64,000 nucleotides of DNA, taken from Promethearchaeota archaeon. Its GTDB lineage: Archaea; Asgardarchaeota; Lokiarchaeia; Sigyniarchaeales; SOKP01. Positions 32,192 to 42,089 of the stretch are shown here, piece by piece. Position 1 is the first letter of the stretch; each line of letters begins with the position of its first letter. The DNA is taken from contig JBHLMQ010000003.1 of NCBI GenBank assembly GCA_048938005.1, positions 109,014 to 173,013 on the forward strand, given 5' to 3'. A program made the position numbers and the translations under genes. The notes under the pieces are model-generated. The model was not told the origin of the DNA. It was given only the letters and a program-made list of their open reading frames with translations, and did no database searches.

Positions 32192-33274
32192 TTAATTAAA
32201 TAACTCCTTAATAAATTCTCCTATCTTATTTAACGCCTCTTTTGCTTCCGGTAAATCAGTAAATCCAAAATATTGGAAAACATGGGTGGTATTTTCCCAT
32301 TCTTGTAGTGTAACATCTAAACCTGCGGCTTTAGCTCGTTTAACGAAACGTGTTGAATGATCATATAACATTTCGCTTTTACTTACTTGTATTAAGATTG
32401 GAGGTAAACCTCTTAAATCTGCGAGAACTGGTGAAATTAGAGGATTATTGGGATCGGCTCCTGCTAAATAAGCTGGTACCCACCAAAATACTCCGATATC
32501 AGCTAATACCGGATCTGTCTTAGCATTTTCTAAAATGGTTTTGCTATTGTTCGTATAATCGATACCTGGTGACATTGCAACGGCTCCAGCTGGCAATGGA
32601 ATTTTATCATCTCTCAATTTAATTAAAGTTGCTATAGTTAAGTTACCACCACCAGAATCGCCAGCAATAACTATGTTTTCTGCTTTAATTCCTTGTGATA
32701 AAAGCCAATTATAAACGTTAACACAATCTTCTAATCCTGCTGGGAAAGGATGTTCAGGAGCAAGACGATAATCAACACTTAACACTCGCATCTTAGTCAT
32801 TTTAGCTAGTTCTATTGTTAAATGTCTATGAGTTTTTGGAGACATCATAATCATGCCTCCTCCATGAAAATATAAAAGAACTTTTTCATTTATCACCCCC
32901 GGTACAATTTGCCATTCTGCAGGAACACTTTTAACATTGATTTTTTTTATTTCTACATCTTCCGGAAGTGGATATTGCTCTAACCGAATATCTACTGAAT
33001 AATCGATTATAAATCGAAATAATTTCGCTAATAAACGCATTTCTTCGTCGGTTAGGATCCCATAAAGAACTTCTATAGTACTCTCCTTGTTAGATAGTCT
33101 TTGAAAAAATCTCTCATTTTCTTCTGTTATTTTTTGCATATATGCTTGCAGGTTGACCCTTTTATTCTCTTCAAGTTTTAAGAATTCTAACGCACCCTTC
33201 AATTGAATTTTTTGGCTTTCATCTATAAGCTTAAGAATCTCAGGACGGATTTTTGATCTGTCTAAAATTGTCAT
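32192..33274 (-). CDS. HSL-family esterase/lipase
   Basis: YFHGGG, DYRLAPEHPFPA, GDSGGG, HVFQ. Confidence 0.92.
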   Translation of the reverse strand: MTILDRSKIRPEILKLIDESQKIQLKGALEFLKLEENKRVNLQAYMQKITEENERFFQRLSNKESTIEVLYGILTDEEMRLLAKLFRFIIDYSVDIRLEQYPLPEDVEIKKINVKSVPAEWQIVPGVINEKVLLYFHGGGMIMMSPKTHRHLTIELAKMTKMRVLSVDYRLAPEHPFPAGLEDCVNVYNWLLSQGIKAENIVIAGDSGGGNLTIATLIKLRDDKIPLPAGAVAMSPGIDYTNNSKTILENAKTDPVLADIGVFWWVPAYLAGADPNNPLISPVLADLRGLPPILIQVSKSEMLYDHSTRFVKRAKAAGLDVTLQEWENTTHVFQYFGFTDLPEAKEALNKIGEFIKELFN

Positions 33275-33461
33275 GTTTTATTTACACTCTTAGCTTTAAT
33301 TTTAATTTTATAAATAATTATCCAAATAATCCTTCTTAATTTTAATTTTATTAAAATTAAATTCATCTCTACAAATGAATTTTTAATTCAGAAATGAAAA
33401 GTAAAATATTTTATTTTGGCACTCTTATTTCTTCATTAATTTTAATTTAAATGTAAATGAG

Positions 33462-34535
33462 ATGAAAAAAAAAATGAATTTAGATGAAATTAAGAATCTA
33501 TTAGGACCAGAAGCAGATGATTTATTAAATCATACATGTACTGGAATCCCAAAAGAAATGATACATCCTCCTGGACCTGATTTTATTGAAAGAGTAGTAG
33601 CACACTCAGATAGGAATAATCTAGTATTGAATAACATGAGTCGCCTGTTTAATCAAATTGGTAGATTAGCGGGGACTGGATATCTTTCAGTATTACCTGT
33701 AGATCAAGGAATTGAACATAGTGCTTCAGCTAGTTTTGCTGTTAATCCATCATATTTTGATCCTGAAAATATTATCAAATTAGCTATTAATGGAGGTTGT
33801 AGCGCTGTAGCATCCACTCTTGGTGTTTTGGGTTCTATATCAAGAAGATACGCTCATAAAATTCCATTTATTGTGAAAATAAATCACAATGAATTACTTA
33901 CAAAACCCACTCTTTCTGATCAAACATTATTCGCAAGTGTGGATCAGGCATGGGATATGGGAGCAGCAGCAGTAGGAGCAACTATATATTTTGGTTCACT
34001 AAACTCACGGCGCCAAATCCAGGAAATTAGTGAAGCTTTTAAATATGCACATGAATTAGGTCTTGTATGTGTTCTTTGGACTTATTTGAGGAATCCTGAA
34101 GAATTTATTAAAGAGGGAAAGGATTATCATACGGCAAATGATTTAGAAAGTCAAGCTAATTATCTTGGAGTTACTATTGAGGCAGATATTATTAAGCAAA
34201 AACTATCAACTCTCAGCCGAGGTTTCCTTGATTTAAACTTTGGTAAAACAGATAAAATTGTTTATGAAAAATTAGCAATTGATCACCCAATTGAATGGAA
34301 TAGATATCAAGTAGCAAATTGTTTTATGGGACGTGCGGGTTTAATTAATTCTGGTGGAGAGTCTGGTGGTACTGATCTTCAGGATGCTATAATGGCAGCT
34401 GTTATTAATAAACGTTCAGGAGGTATGGGCTTAATCTTGGGACGGAAAGCATTTAAAAAACCAACTCCGGAAGGTATCAAAATTCTTAATGCGGTACAAG
34501 ATGTATACCTGAATAAGGATATTACTATTGCCTAA
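33462..34535 (+). CDS. fbaB: Class I fructose-bisphosphate aldolase (FbaB/DhnA type)
   Basis: [49 protein letters not shown]. Confidence 0.92.
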   Translation: MKKKMNLDEIKNLLGPEADDLLNHTCTGIPKEMIHPPGPDFIERVVAHSDRNNLVLNNMSRLFNQIGRLAGTGYLSVLPVDQGIEHSASASFAVNPSYFDPENIIKLAINGGCSAVASTLGVLGSISRRYAHKIPFIVKINHNELLTKPTLSDQTLFASVDQAWDMGAAAVGATIYFGSLNSRRQIQEISEAFKYAHELGLVCVLWTYLRNPEEFIKEGKDYHTANDLESQANYLGVTIEADIIKQKLSTLSRGFLDLNFGKTDKIVYEKLAIDHPIEWNRYQVANCFMGRAGLINSGGESGGTDLQDAIMAAVINKRSGGMGLILGRKAFKKPTPEGIKILNAVQDVYLNKDITIA

Positions 34536-34631
34536 AAAACTTTTTTTTTTCTCTTTTTTTTAATTAAATTAAAATTAAAAATATAAATATCATTATTCAT
34601 ACTAAAGAACTAATTTTTTCTTAAGATTATT

Positions 34632-35228
34632 ATGGGAAAAGATAGGAATTTTAGACCAGATCCAAATGTGAATCCTTATAGAGTTAGACAGGCCCCCTCT
34701 CCTCCCAAAAGATCTTTTATCGATTTCAATATCCGTAGAATTTGCCCAGCATGTGGAAAGGACATCAAAATAACTCATAATTTTTGTAAATATTGTGGTG
34801 TTGACTTAAGCGCAATAGAACCGATTGGTAAAGATGAAATATCAAAACAATTGGCTAATACAGCTGTAACCGATCCAGATCCCGAGGTTAGAAAAGAAGC
34901 TGTTGATACATTAGGAGAATTTGGAGATAATAGCGTTTTAGGAGTTCTTACATATATTCTTTTAAACGATCCAGACGAAAATGTAAGAATGAAGGCTGCT
35001 GATGAGCTGGGAGATTTACACCATCCATTAAGTTTAGATGTATTGGCTAAGGCACTCAAAGATGAAAGTGCTTTAGTTAGAAAAGAAGCGATCGAAGGAT
35101 TAAAAAAGATTAAAAAGGAGACCAAACCAAAAGAAGAATATGAAGAAAAACCAGAGAGTAGGGAAATTGAAAAAAGTAAACCTGAACTAAAAAAAACTAC
35201 TGAAGAAAATAACAATGATTTATTTTAA
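34632..35228 (+). CDS. Zinc-ribbon plus HEAT-repeat protein
   Basis: CPACG...FCKYCG; DPDPEVRKEAVDTLG, DPDENVRMKAADELG, DESALVRKEAIEGL. Confidence 0.85.
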   Translation: MGKDRNFRPDPNVNPYRVRQAPSPPKRSFIDFNIRRICPACGKDIKITHNFCKYCGVDLSAIEPIGKDEISKQLANTAVTDPDPEVRKEAVDTLGEFGDNSVLGVLTYILLNDPDENVRMKAADELGDLHHPLSLDVLAKALKDESALVRKEAIEGLKKIKKETKPKEEYEEKPESREIEKSKPELKKTTEENNNDLF

Positions 35229-35327
35229 AAAAATCTTGTTTTTCCATTTATTTATAATATTCATCTAAAATCAGATTACTAAATATTAAAACAGGGCTAA
35301 AAAAATCATAATTTTATAAATAAGATT

Positions 35328-36470
35328 TTAATAGTTCTTACTTGGAATTTTTGGTAATTGTCTTCGATTACTTGGATTTTTCTCTTTGGATTTCTCTAAT
35401 ATTCCTATTATTTCAGCTTTTCTTGCATTAGTAGGCAAATCTATTTTTTTTTCTTTAGCGTAAGTTTTAAGATCTTTTACAGTCATAGATTTAAAATCTG
35501 TTATTTCTTTAGCAGTAGCCACTTGTCTTGTAGGAGTAATACTCTTTGAGGCTTTTTTCATTGAAGCTGGCTTGGTTGGCATTGAAGTTAATGAATATTT
35601 TTGTTTTTTAGTTGAATCTATTTCTGATTCTATAACGATCTTCTTTTCTGAGGAACTTTTTGGTTTTTTTTCTTTTTCTAATACTTCTATAGCCTCTACA
35701 ATTCCTTTTTTTTCGTCAAAATAGACTCGTAACACATTATTGTCCAATTCCAGCATATCTTTTGGAACTTTTTTAACAGGTTCCCAATAAGTCTCTTCAA
35801 CTTCTTTTCCAAAAACTTCAGCAGTTTTTGAAACTGCTCCATAAAGCGTATGACCTAGAATGAGATTTAATCTTTTATAATCTTTAGGGACATCTCTTTT
35901 TAATATTTTCTCCTTAATTTTTTGTTTTTGTTCCTCTGTTAATCCTATTGCTTTAAGTTCGCTTGGAGCATAAGATGAAATTACTACTTCATTACTCGTG
36001 TCTTGTAATGCCGGTGAAAAATATCCTTCTTCTGCTTGCACTTTCATTGTTTTTGGAGTAATATCTGTTATAGTTGCCTGTTCCATTTTTACTCTTTCAA
36101 TATTTCGAATATATCGCATATCTGCTAATCTTTCAGTAACTTCCATTGATTCCAATTTAAAAGCATTTAAAAATTCTGTGGGTTCATCTCCTGCATCTAC
36201 AGAAACAATCTTACAACGATGGTATCTCGCATCTCTCATTAACTCATCTTGCAAAGATTGAGCTACTCTTGAACTAATGAATCGTTTTCGAACAGGTGAT
36301 TTTGGACCTTTCCAAATAAAAATTCTCCGTAAGTCTTCTCTTACAATTACTAACACTTGTTCTGGATGCAAATTGGTTTTAAGTTCTTCTTCATTTATGT
36401 CTAATTTCTTACGTTCTCCCGATTCCTCCAATTCATAAACCATAAACGTTTCAATTTCTGTCATTTTCAT
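35328..36470 (-). CDS. Gelsolin-domain protein with central domain and C-terminal HeH/Rho-N-like motif
   Basis: LHPEQVLVIV...IFIWKGPKS....RF...VDAGDEPTEFLNAF; C-terminal MTVKDLKTYAKEKKIDLPTNARKAEII. Confidence 0.78.
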   Translation of the reverse strand: MKMTEIETFMVYELEESGERKKLDINEEELKTNLHPEQVLVIVREDLRRIFIWKGPKSPVRKRFISSRVAQSLQDELMRDARYHRCKIVSVDAGDEPTEFLNAFKLESMEVTERLADMRYIRNIERVKMEQATITDITPKTMKVQAEEGYFSPALQDTSNEVVISSYAPSELKAIGLTEEQKQKIKEKILKRDVPKDYKRLNLILGHTLYGAVSKTAEVFGKEVEETYWEPVKKVPKDMLELDNNVLRVYFDEKKGIVEAIEVLEKEKKPKSSSEKKIVIESEIDSTKKQKYSLTSMPTKPASMKKASKSITPTRQVATAKEITDFKSMTVKDLKTYAKEKKIDLPTNARKAEIIGILEKSKEKNPSNRRQLPKIPSKNY

Positions 36471-36679
36471 TCGTTAGTGTATTTAATCGTAGATATTTCA
36501 ATATCTAAGAAAATTATTAATTAATGTGTTATAAAAATTTGATTTTTCTTTTCAAATTTAATTATTTTAAAGAAAATATAAATTACATTTATAAAAATTT
36601 TATTTTTTAAAAAAAATAGGAAGAAATTTTTTAGTATAATAATTTTTAAAGTTGTTAAAAAAACATTAGTTTCATTACA

Positions 36680-37426
36680 TCACGTACGAGCGAAAGCACC
36701 GACAGAATCATGTAAGACATTGTCGATTGAAAGGACAAATCCTACTAAAATTCGGCGATCAGTTTCATTATCAAGGATTTTAAGAGCATAAGTGTCTTTA
36801 AAGTCAAACACCCCTCCAAGGAAGAAATCTCTCCACCTATCAGCTTTTTCGATTTCTGCGACAATTTTTCCGGTTGCTACTTCATACACTTTAAAGCTAA
36901 AACCAAAAAAATTACCAATGGCTTCATACCATCGTGTTCCATCAGGCGCTTCTAAGAAAAATTTATTCTTGAAAAATGTAAGTATCTTTTTCTTAATTCT
37001 TGCTATTAAATTCCCTTGTGGATCCTTTAAATCTTGAGCCCCTCGAGCAGATACGATTTTAGCGTGAATAGTAGCAGCTACGGTACCATCAATTTCTTGT
37101 AATTCAACCCTACGTCTAATACTTAAGATTATTCGTTTCATCTTTCCAATAACTTGACCATTCTCATCTAAGATATCACCACTACCCCATTTGGGTTTAG
37201 AAGGGAACCCCTCCTAAACATCCCAGTATTTTTCTTTAAGGATGTAATAATTGCGGTTAATATCAAACAATCCTCCTCCAGGAGTAGGAGTCTTTTTTGA
37301 TGGAATTATTGGAGGTGATACTTCTTCTTGTGTTTTTGCACTCTCAGGTATTGGTGAACCACACTTCTCACAAAAATTCTGGGATGGATCGGTTATCTCA
37401 TCCCCACAATTCGGACAATATGGCAT
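36680..37426 (-). CDS. Zinc-ribbon + LURP-one/scramblase-like protein, split by a 30-nt intron (exons 37426-37220 and 37189-36680; 238 aa spliced)
   Basis: GAGGT SD upstream of ATG 37426; CPNC/CEKC. The spliced junction reads YYILKEKYWD-WGSGDILDENGQVIGKMKR and joins the 70-aa and 153-aa ORF-track pieces. Confidence 0.8.
37190..37219 (-). other. Putative BHB-type mRNA intron (30 nt)
   Basis: TGGG AT^G TTTAGGAGGG-GTT-CCCTTCTAAA CCCA AA^T: 4-bp central helix TGGG/CCCA, 3-nt bulges and a ~10-bp inner stem; contains an in-frame TAG. Confidence 0.82.
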
Positions 37427-37589
37427 ATTTTTACCTCTAATTTTTAATTATTATGTTTTGTTTTGATTAGTGAATGGTGATGTGGTTTTATAAAGTTTCG
37501 GGTAAGTATGCTGATAATTTTATCTTCATGAAAACGTTTTAATTAAATAAGGATTAATTATTATTAATTGAATATTATAGGAAAGCAGT

Positions 37590-38351
37590 ATGTCAACTAT
37601 AATTATACCAAAACTATTGAAATTAAAAGATTACATTACGCTTATAGGGACTACTTTAGGGATTATCGCTCTAGTCTGTGCCTGTTTTGGTACTCGCGAA
37701 TCTATTTCTTTAGGATTTTTTCTGATATCCCTCTCTCTTGGTACTGACATGATTGATGGATATATTGCTCGAAAAACTAAAACTGTGAATGAAATGGGCA
37801 GAGAATTAGATTCATTGAGCGATTCTTTAACATTTGGTATCGCACCAGCAGTACTAACATACCAATCTTTTAAAACTGGGGATTTTTTTGATATTATTAT
37901 TATAATAGGAGCAATTTGTTTTGCTATTGGTGCAATGCTTAGATTAGCGCGATTTAATATTTCAGAAAGTCCAGGATATACAGGTTTACCAACACCATTA
38001 AGTGCCTTATTGTTAATTAACTTTTTCTATGCTAATTATTTTTATGCGTTCGCCATGGGCGGCAATACATATCCTTTTCTGGAGATATCTTCCTATATAA
38101 TACCTATTTTTATGGTTCTTATCGGCTGGTTTAATATCACAACTTACATTCGATTTGGTGAGAAAGGTAAGACAATTTATATTATTTTTTCAGCTTTAGC
38201 CCCATTATGCCCTATACTGGGTATTATTGGAATATTGAATCCAAATTTTCTAATTTCAATTATCGTAGCTATTTTCTTTTTAGGAGCTTTTATATTTATG
38301 TTAATATTAATTGTTAGGGGATTTATTGTTTATCTTATTACCAAGGCATAA
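37590..38351 (+). CDS. pssA: CDP-alcohol phosphatidyltransferase (archaetidylserine synthase-like)
   Basis: DMIDGYIAR...GRELDSLSDSLTFGIAPA, LRLARFN, YTGLPTP. Confidence 0.82.
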   Translation: MSTIIIPKLLKLKDYITLIGTTLGIIALVCACFGTRESISLGFFLISLSLGTDMIDGYIARKTKTVNEMGRELDSLSDSLTFGIAPAVLTYQSFKTGDFFDIIIIIGAICFAIGAMLRLARFNISESPGYTGLPTPLSALLLINFFYANYFYAFAMGGNTYPFLEISSYIIPIFMVLIGWFNITTYIRFGEKGKTIYIIFSALAPLCPILGIIGILNPNFLISIIVAIFFLGAFIFMLILIVRGFIVYLITKA

Positions 38352-38418
38352 ATAATAAATATTTGTCAACAAATAATTTCAGCATCAAATTAACAAAAAA
38401 AAGTTATCCCTACTAAAT

Positions 38419-40407
38419 TTAAAATATTTTCTTTTTCCAACTATCAATATTTTCAATAATTTCTGTTTTATCATGCGCATCTAATAGAGTAGGTTTTTCT
38501 TTATACTTATTTATCGTGCTTCTTAATTTATGTAAAGTTACCGAAAAACCTTTTTTCTCTAGGATTAAATCAGCAATGTCTTGTAGTTCTTTTCCAAACT
38601 CACTTCCCTTAAGATTATCCAACTTATGAATTAAATTAGTGAAAGCAGTATTAATTTGTATAGCTGCTTCATCTCCAGCCTTAGGTTGAGCTGCTGATAA
38701 AAAATCAATTTTATCTTGTAATTTTTGTTTTAAATCTGTAATCTGGGGCTGGGGTGAGGTTGGACTTGGCATATATTTTGTTTGACTTTTAGTAAACCTC
38801 TTATCATCTTTAGGTATTTCTTGAATTTTACTAGGGATGGATATTGTTGGTTTCGCCTTATCGGTTTCAATTTTAATTGGCTTTTTTTCAACCTTTTGAA
38901 ACTGAATTCTTGACGAAATTATAGGTTTAAATGTAGTGAGTGTTTTAGTAGTTGCTGTTATCTTATCAATTTGTGGTTTTGATACCTGAGCAGCATGAAA
39001 AGTGTCTGAATATGCATTTTCCCATATATCTTTTACCAATGGATCGAGTAATGTGATTAATGGATCAAAAGAACTACCAATTCCAATAAAATTATTTAGA
39101 GGGTCCTTTGAATCTTGGATTACTCCCGTATAAATTTGGTTATCACCCTTTAAAATAATTAAATTTTCATTTTCATACATCTTATAAATTAAATTCTTAA
39201 TATTCTTGAAACTTTTAACAATACTATTAGTATGAGCTTCTGAAGATGCTATTTTAATTTTTAAATTATCAGCAATTTTTTCAAATTGTTCAGGAGCTAA
39301 ATGATTTTCAATATGAGGAATTATTAAAGTTAAGTTTTCCTTGGAATTTAAGATAAGATTTTGAATTGCTTCATTAATCTGTGTTACACTGTTTATTATC
39401 CAAATATTACTAAAAATTGATTTATCAATTGAATTTATCTTTTGAATGTAATTTTTCATTAAGATTTCAATAGGTTTATTCAGATTAGAAACTTCATTTA
39501 TGGAATTCTGGATAACAGCATTGATATTTTCTATAATAATGTTTTCAAGATTTTTCATAGCAGCAGAAAGATTATCATTATTATCTTTAATAATTTCATG
39601 AATCGCATTCATTTTAGTTTCGAAATTAGTCAGCATATTCAATAAAAGCATTTTGAAGTCGTTGCGATATTCAAGTATCAAATCTGTGGTTTTATCAATT
39701 GGTTTAGCGGTTTCATCAAATTCTTTTTCAATTAATTCATGTAAGGTGTTGACGAAATCTTTAATCATTTTATCTACTTTCTCTTTAAAAGTTTGTTCAA
39801 TAAGAGATACAATATCTTTCTTTTTTATCTTTTCAAGTAACTCTTTTTTAATTGCATTTAAAGTTTTAATTAAATCAGTAAATTTTGTTTGTGTGATCTT
39901 TTTAATATTTTGGTGAAGATCAGAAAACTTTTTATTAACTTTCTTTAATTCTTCCATGCCCTCAACAATATCTTCTACATCTTGTTTCTGAATAATTGAA
40001 TCCTCTTCAATATCTTTTCTAATCTCTTGAAAAGTATTTAAAATTGAATCTAACTCAATTGCCTTGTTTTCCTGGAAAATTCTATTAACAGAATTAACCA
40101 TTAGTTCATGAATTGAATTTTTAATGTTAGGTAAATTTGCGTTTATATTATCATAATAATTTAAGATCGGAAGAATTGGAGGTAAAGGTGAATAATGTAT
40201 AATAAATTCTTGGTTTTTAGAAATATTCTGAACTAATAAACCAGCATTTATAAGTTCTTTTAGACTTTCATTAAATTCCTCTGGAGTTGCTTTAGGAACA
40301 ATAGTATATAATTCATAATAAGTAAGCGGAAATTTACCTAATGATTTAAGATATATCTCGATAGTGTTTTCTGATAGTTGCATTTTTCTTAAAAAGTTAT
40401 CCATCAA
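38419..40407 (-). CDS. Large protein: N-terminal TrmB-like HTH, long coiled coil, TrmB/PLD-like domain, helical C-terminus
   Basis: LSENTIEIYLKSL...LKELINAGLL...YSPLPP; heptad-rich middle; INEAIQNLILNSKENLTLIIP. Domain names are inference. Confidence 0.6.
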   Translation of the reverse strand: MMDNFLRKMQLSENTIEIYLKSLGKFPLTYYELYTIVPKATPEEFNESLKELINAGLLVQNISKNQEFIIHYSPLPPILPILNYYDNINANLPNIKNSIHELMVNSVNRIFQENKAIELDSILNTFQEIRKDIEEDSIIQKQDVEDIVEGMEELKKVNKKFSDLHQNIKKITQTKFTDLIKTLNAIKKELLEKIKKKDIVSLIEQTFKEKVDKMIKDFVNTLHELIEKEFDETAKPIDKTTDLILEYRNDFKMLLLNMLTNFETKMNAIHEIIKDNNDNLSAAMKNLENIIIENINAVIQNSINEVSNLNKPIEILMKNYIQKINSIDKSIFSNIWIINSVTQINEAIQNLILNSKENLTLIIPHIENHLAPEQFEKIADNLKIKIASSEAHTNSIVKSFKNIKNLIYKMYENENLIILKGDNQIYTGVIQDSKDPLNNFIGIGSSFDPLITLLDPLVKDIWENAYSDTFHAAQVSKPQIDKITATTKTLTTFKPIISSRIQFQKVEKKPIKIETDKAKPTISIPSKIQEIPKDDKRFTKSQTKYMPSPTSPQPQITDLKQKLQDKIDFLSAAQPKAGDEAAIQINTAFTNLIHKLDNLKGSEFGKELQDIADLILEKKGFSVTLHKLRSTINKYKEKPTLLDAHDKTEIIENIDSWKKKIF

Positions 40408-40581
40408 ATCTTCACCAACTTATTTCACATATTTTTGACTATTTTATATAAAGCCATATGAATTTTTATTTATAATTATTTTATCTATCTTTTCTAAAAA
40501 ATATTTAAGATGGTATTATCATTATGATTATTAATACTATTTGAGATAATTACAGAAGTTGATCACACAGGTGCGGGAAAA

Positions 40582-41925
40582 ATGATAGAGGACATATATT
40601 TTTACTTGGACTTAACAAAAGATTTACTGAAAAAAAAAGAAATAGTAAAAGCTATTAAATATTATATTGAGGAAAAAAACAAAATAAATGTAAATAGCCA
40701 CTTTTCTCTTCTGATTTTCCAAGAAGAAGGGAACCCTATCTTTATTATGGATAAAAAGGATTCTGGTATAATTACTAAATCTATTGAAGAAAACTGGAAA
40801 AGTCGCCCAAAAGAACAAAGCTTTTTTGAAAATGGATTATTCTATATTTTTTCTTATATAGCCGAGACAGTAAGAAAAAAATCTAAATTTAATAGAATTC
40901 TTGTTATTACAGATACCCCTTCAGATTTATCTGAGGATTATCAAGAAGCCTTATTTAATTTAGTGTCAAAAATAAAAAATTTTCCAACATTTATCGATAT
41001 CATAAGAGTATCTGAAAAAGATAAACGATTCTTTAGCGATGATGTAAAATTGAATATGCTATCATCTGATACTAAGGGAGGCATTTTCTATGTTCAAGAT
41101 AGAAAAGAATTCTTTGAAGTTATTAAGAAATTAATTAAAACCAAACAATTTGTCTCTACTTTTGTCGATCGACCAGATCGAATTAGAATTACTAAAGAAG
41201 ATTATGCTTTTTATAATCACTTAGCAAAATCATTAAAAAAAGCAGAAAATGTGGAAGGATTAGTTTGTTATTTTTGCAAAGAAGAAGTTTGTCCAGTGTG
41301 TACAGATATTTATGATATCCCTTTAGTTTGCGAGGATTGTAATTCCAGCTTCCATAATTGCTGTGTTACTAATTATGTTATAAATCATAATATAGGTATA
41401 CCTAATATCTTTCGTTGTCCTAATAATGAATGCGATGTGCTTTTAAAAATAGATGAAGATGAAATTATTGAAGTAAGTGGAGAAGTAGAAATAAGTTCTG
41501 TAAAAAAATACTTGGAAGAGGATATACTAGAGAAAATTACTAAAAAATTTCCTAAAGTGAAACCATTACCACCATTAGCTTCTACGATAAAAAAGGAAAA
41601 AATCAAGAAAGGAGAATCATTAGCAATTACAAACAACATTCCTGTAGAAGAAAAAACAGTTAAAACTGTTAGAATTGGAGGATTTTTTGGAAAATTATAT
41701 ACTGTAAAGAAAGTTGGTGACAAAATTGTGTACGAAAAAACTACCCAGACTGCTTTTAAGCCAAGCCCTACAAATCAAAATGGAAAAATTTTAACAACAA
41801 AAAAAATAATATCGTCTAATAATGAAAAAGAAAAGAAGAAGGCTAGCTTTTTTATATGTCCTCACTGCGGAACGCAGATGAATTCACAACAATTCAGATG
41901 TCCTAATTGTGGACATAAAATATAA
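40582..41925 (+). CDS. vWA-like domain + Cys/His-rich (RING/PHD-like) finger + C-terminal zinc ribbon; paralog 1
   Basis: EDIYFYLDL, RILVITD, FIDIIRV, TKGGIFY; CYFC, CPVC, CEDC..SFHNCC, RCPNNEC; CPHC, CPNC. Confidence 0.7.
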   Translation: MIEDIYFYLDLTKDLLKKKEIVKAIKYYIEEKNKINVNSHFSLLIFQEEGNPIFIMDKKDSGIITKSIEENWKSRPKEQSFFENGLFYIFSYIAETVRKKSKFNRILVITDTPSDLSEDYQEALFNLVSKIKNFPTFIDIIRVSEKDKRFFSDDVKLNMLSSDTKGGIFYVQDRKEFFEVIKKLIKTKQFVSTFVDRPDRIRITKEDYAFYNHLAKSLKKAENVEGLVCYFCKEEVCPVCTDIYDIPLVCEDCNSSFHNCCVTNYVINHNIGIPNIFRCPNNECDVLLKIDEDEIIEVSGEVEISSVKKYLEEDILEKITKKFPKVKPLPPLASTIKKEKIKKGESLAITNNIPVEEKTVKTVRIGGFFGKLYTVKKVGDKIVYEKTTQTAFKPSPTNQNGKILTTKKIISSNNEKEKKKASFFICPHCGTQMNSQQFRCPNCGHKI

Positions 41926-42089
41926 GAACAAGAAAGAAACTGAGTTCCATTATACTTTTATTATATAGTCTTTTAATAAAAACAAATTAAAAGAGAATTA
42001 TATTAAAGAAAAAATAATCGAATTTTGTATTATCAGTAAAAATAAATAGTACTTCTGTTATTATTTTTTTAATTAGGATTGATGTTAAA

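Noticed and set aside
34775-35215. Antisense or nested ORF-track calls (for example 1733-2017, 21083-21304, 27340-27642, 34775-35215, 37251-37466, 41385-41723, 62661-63017)
   Set aside because: They are shadows of well-supported genes on the other strand or frame and have no motifs.
37190-37219. Pyrrolysine or TAG readthrough, or spliceosomal GT-AG introns, as the explanation for the insertions
   Set aside because: The other two insertions (31 and 29 nt) shift the frame, so readthrough cannot explain them. None ends in AG and only one begins with GT. BHB geometry fits all three.
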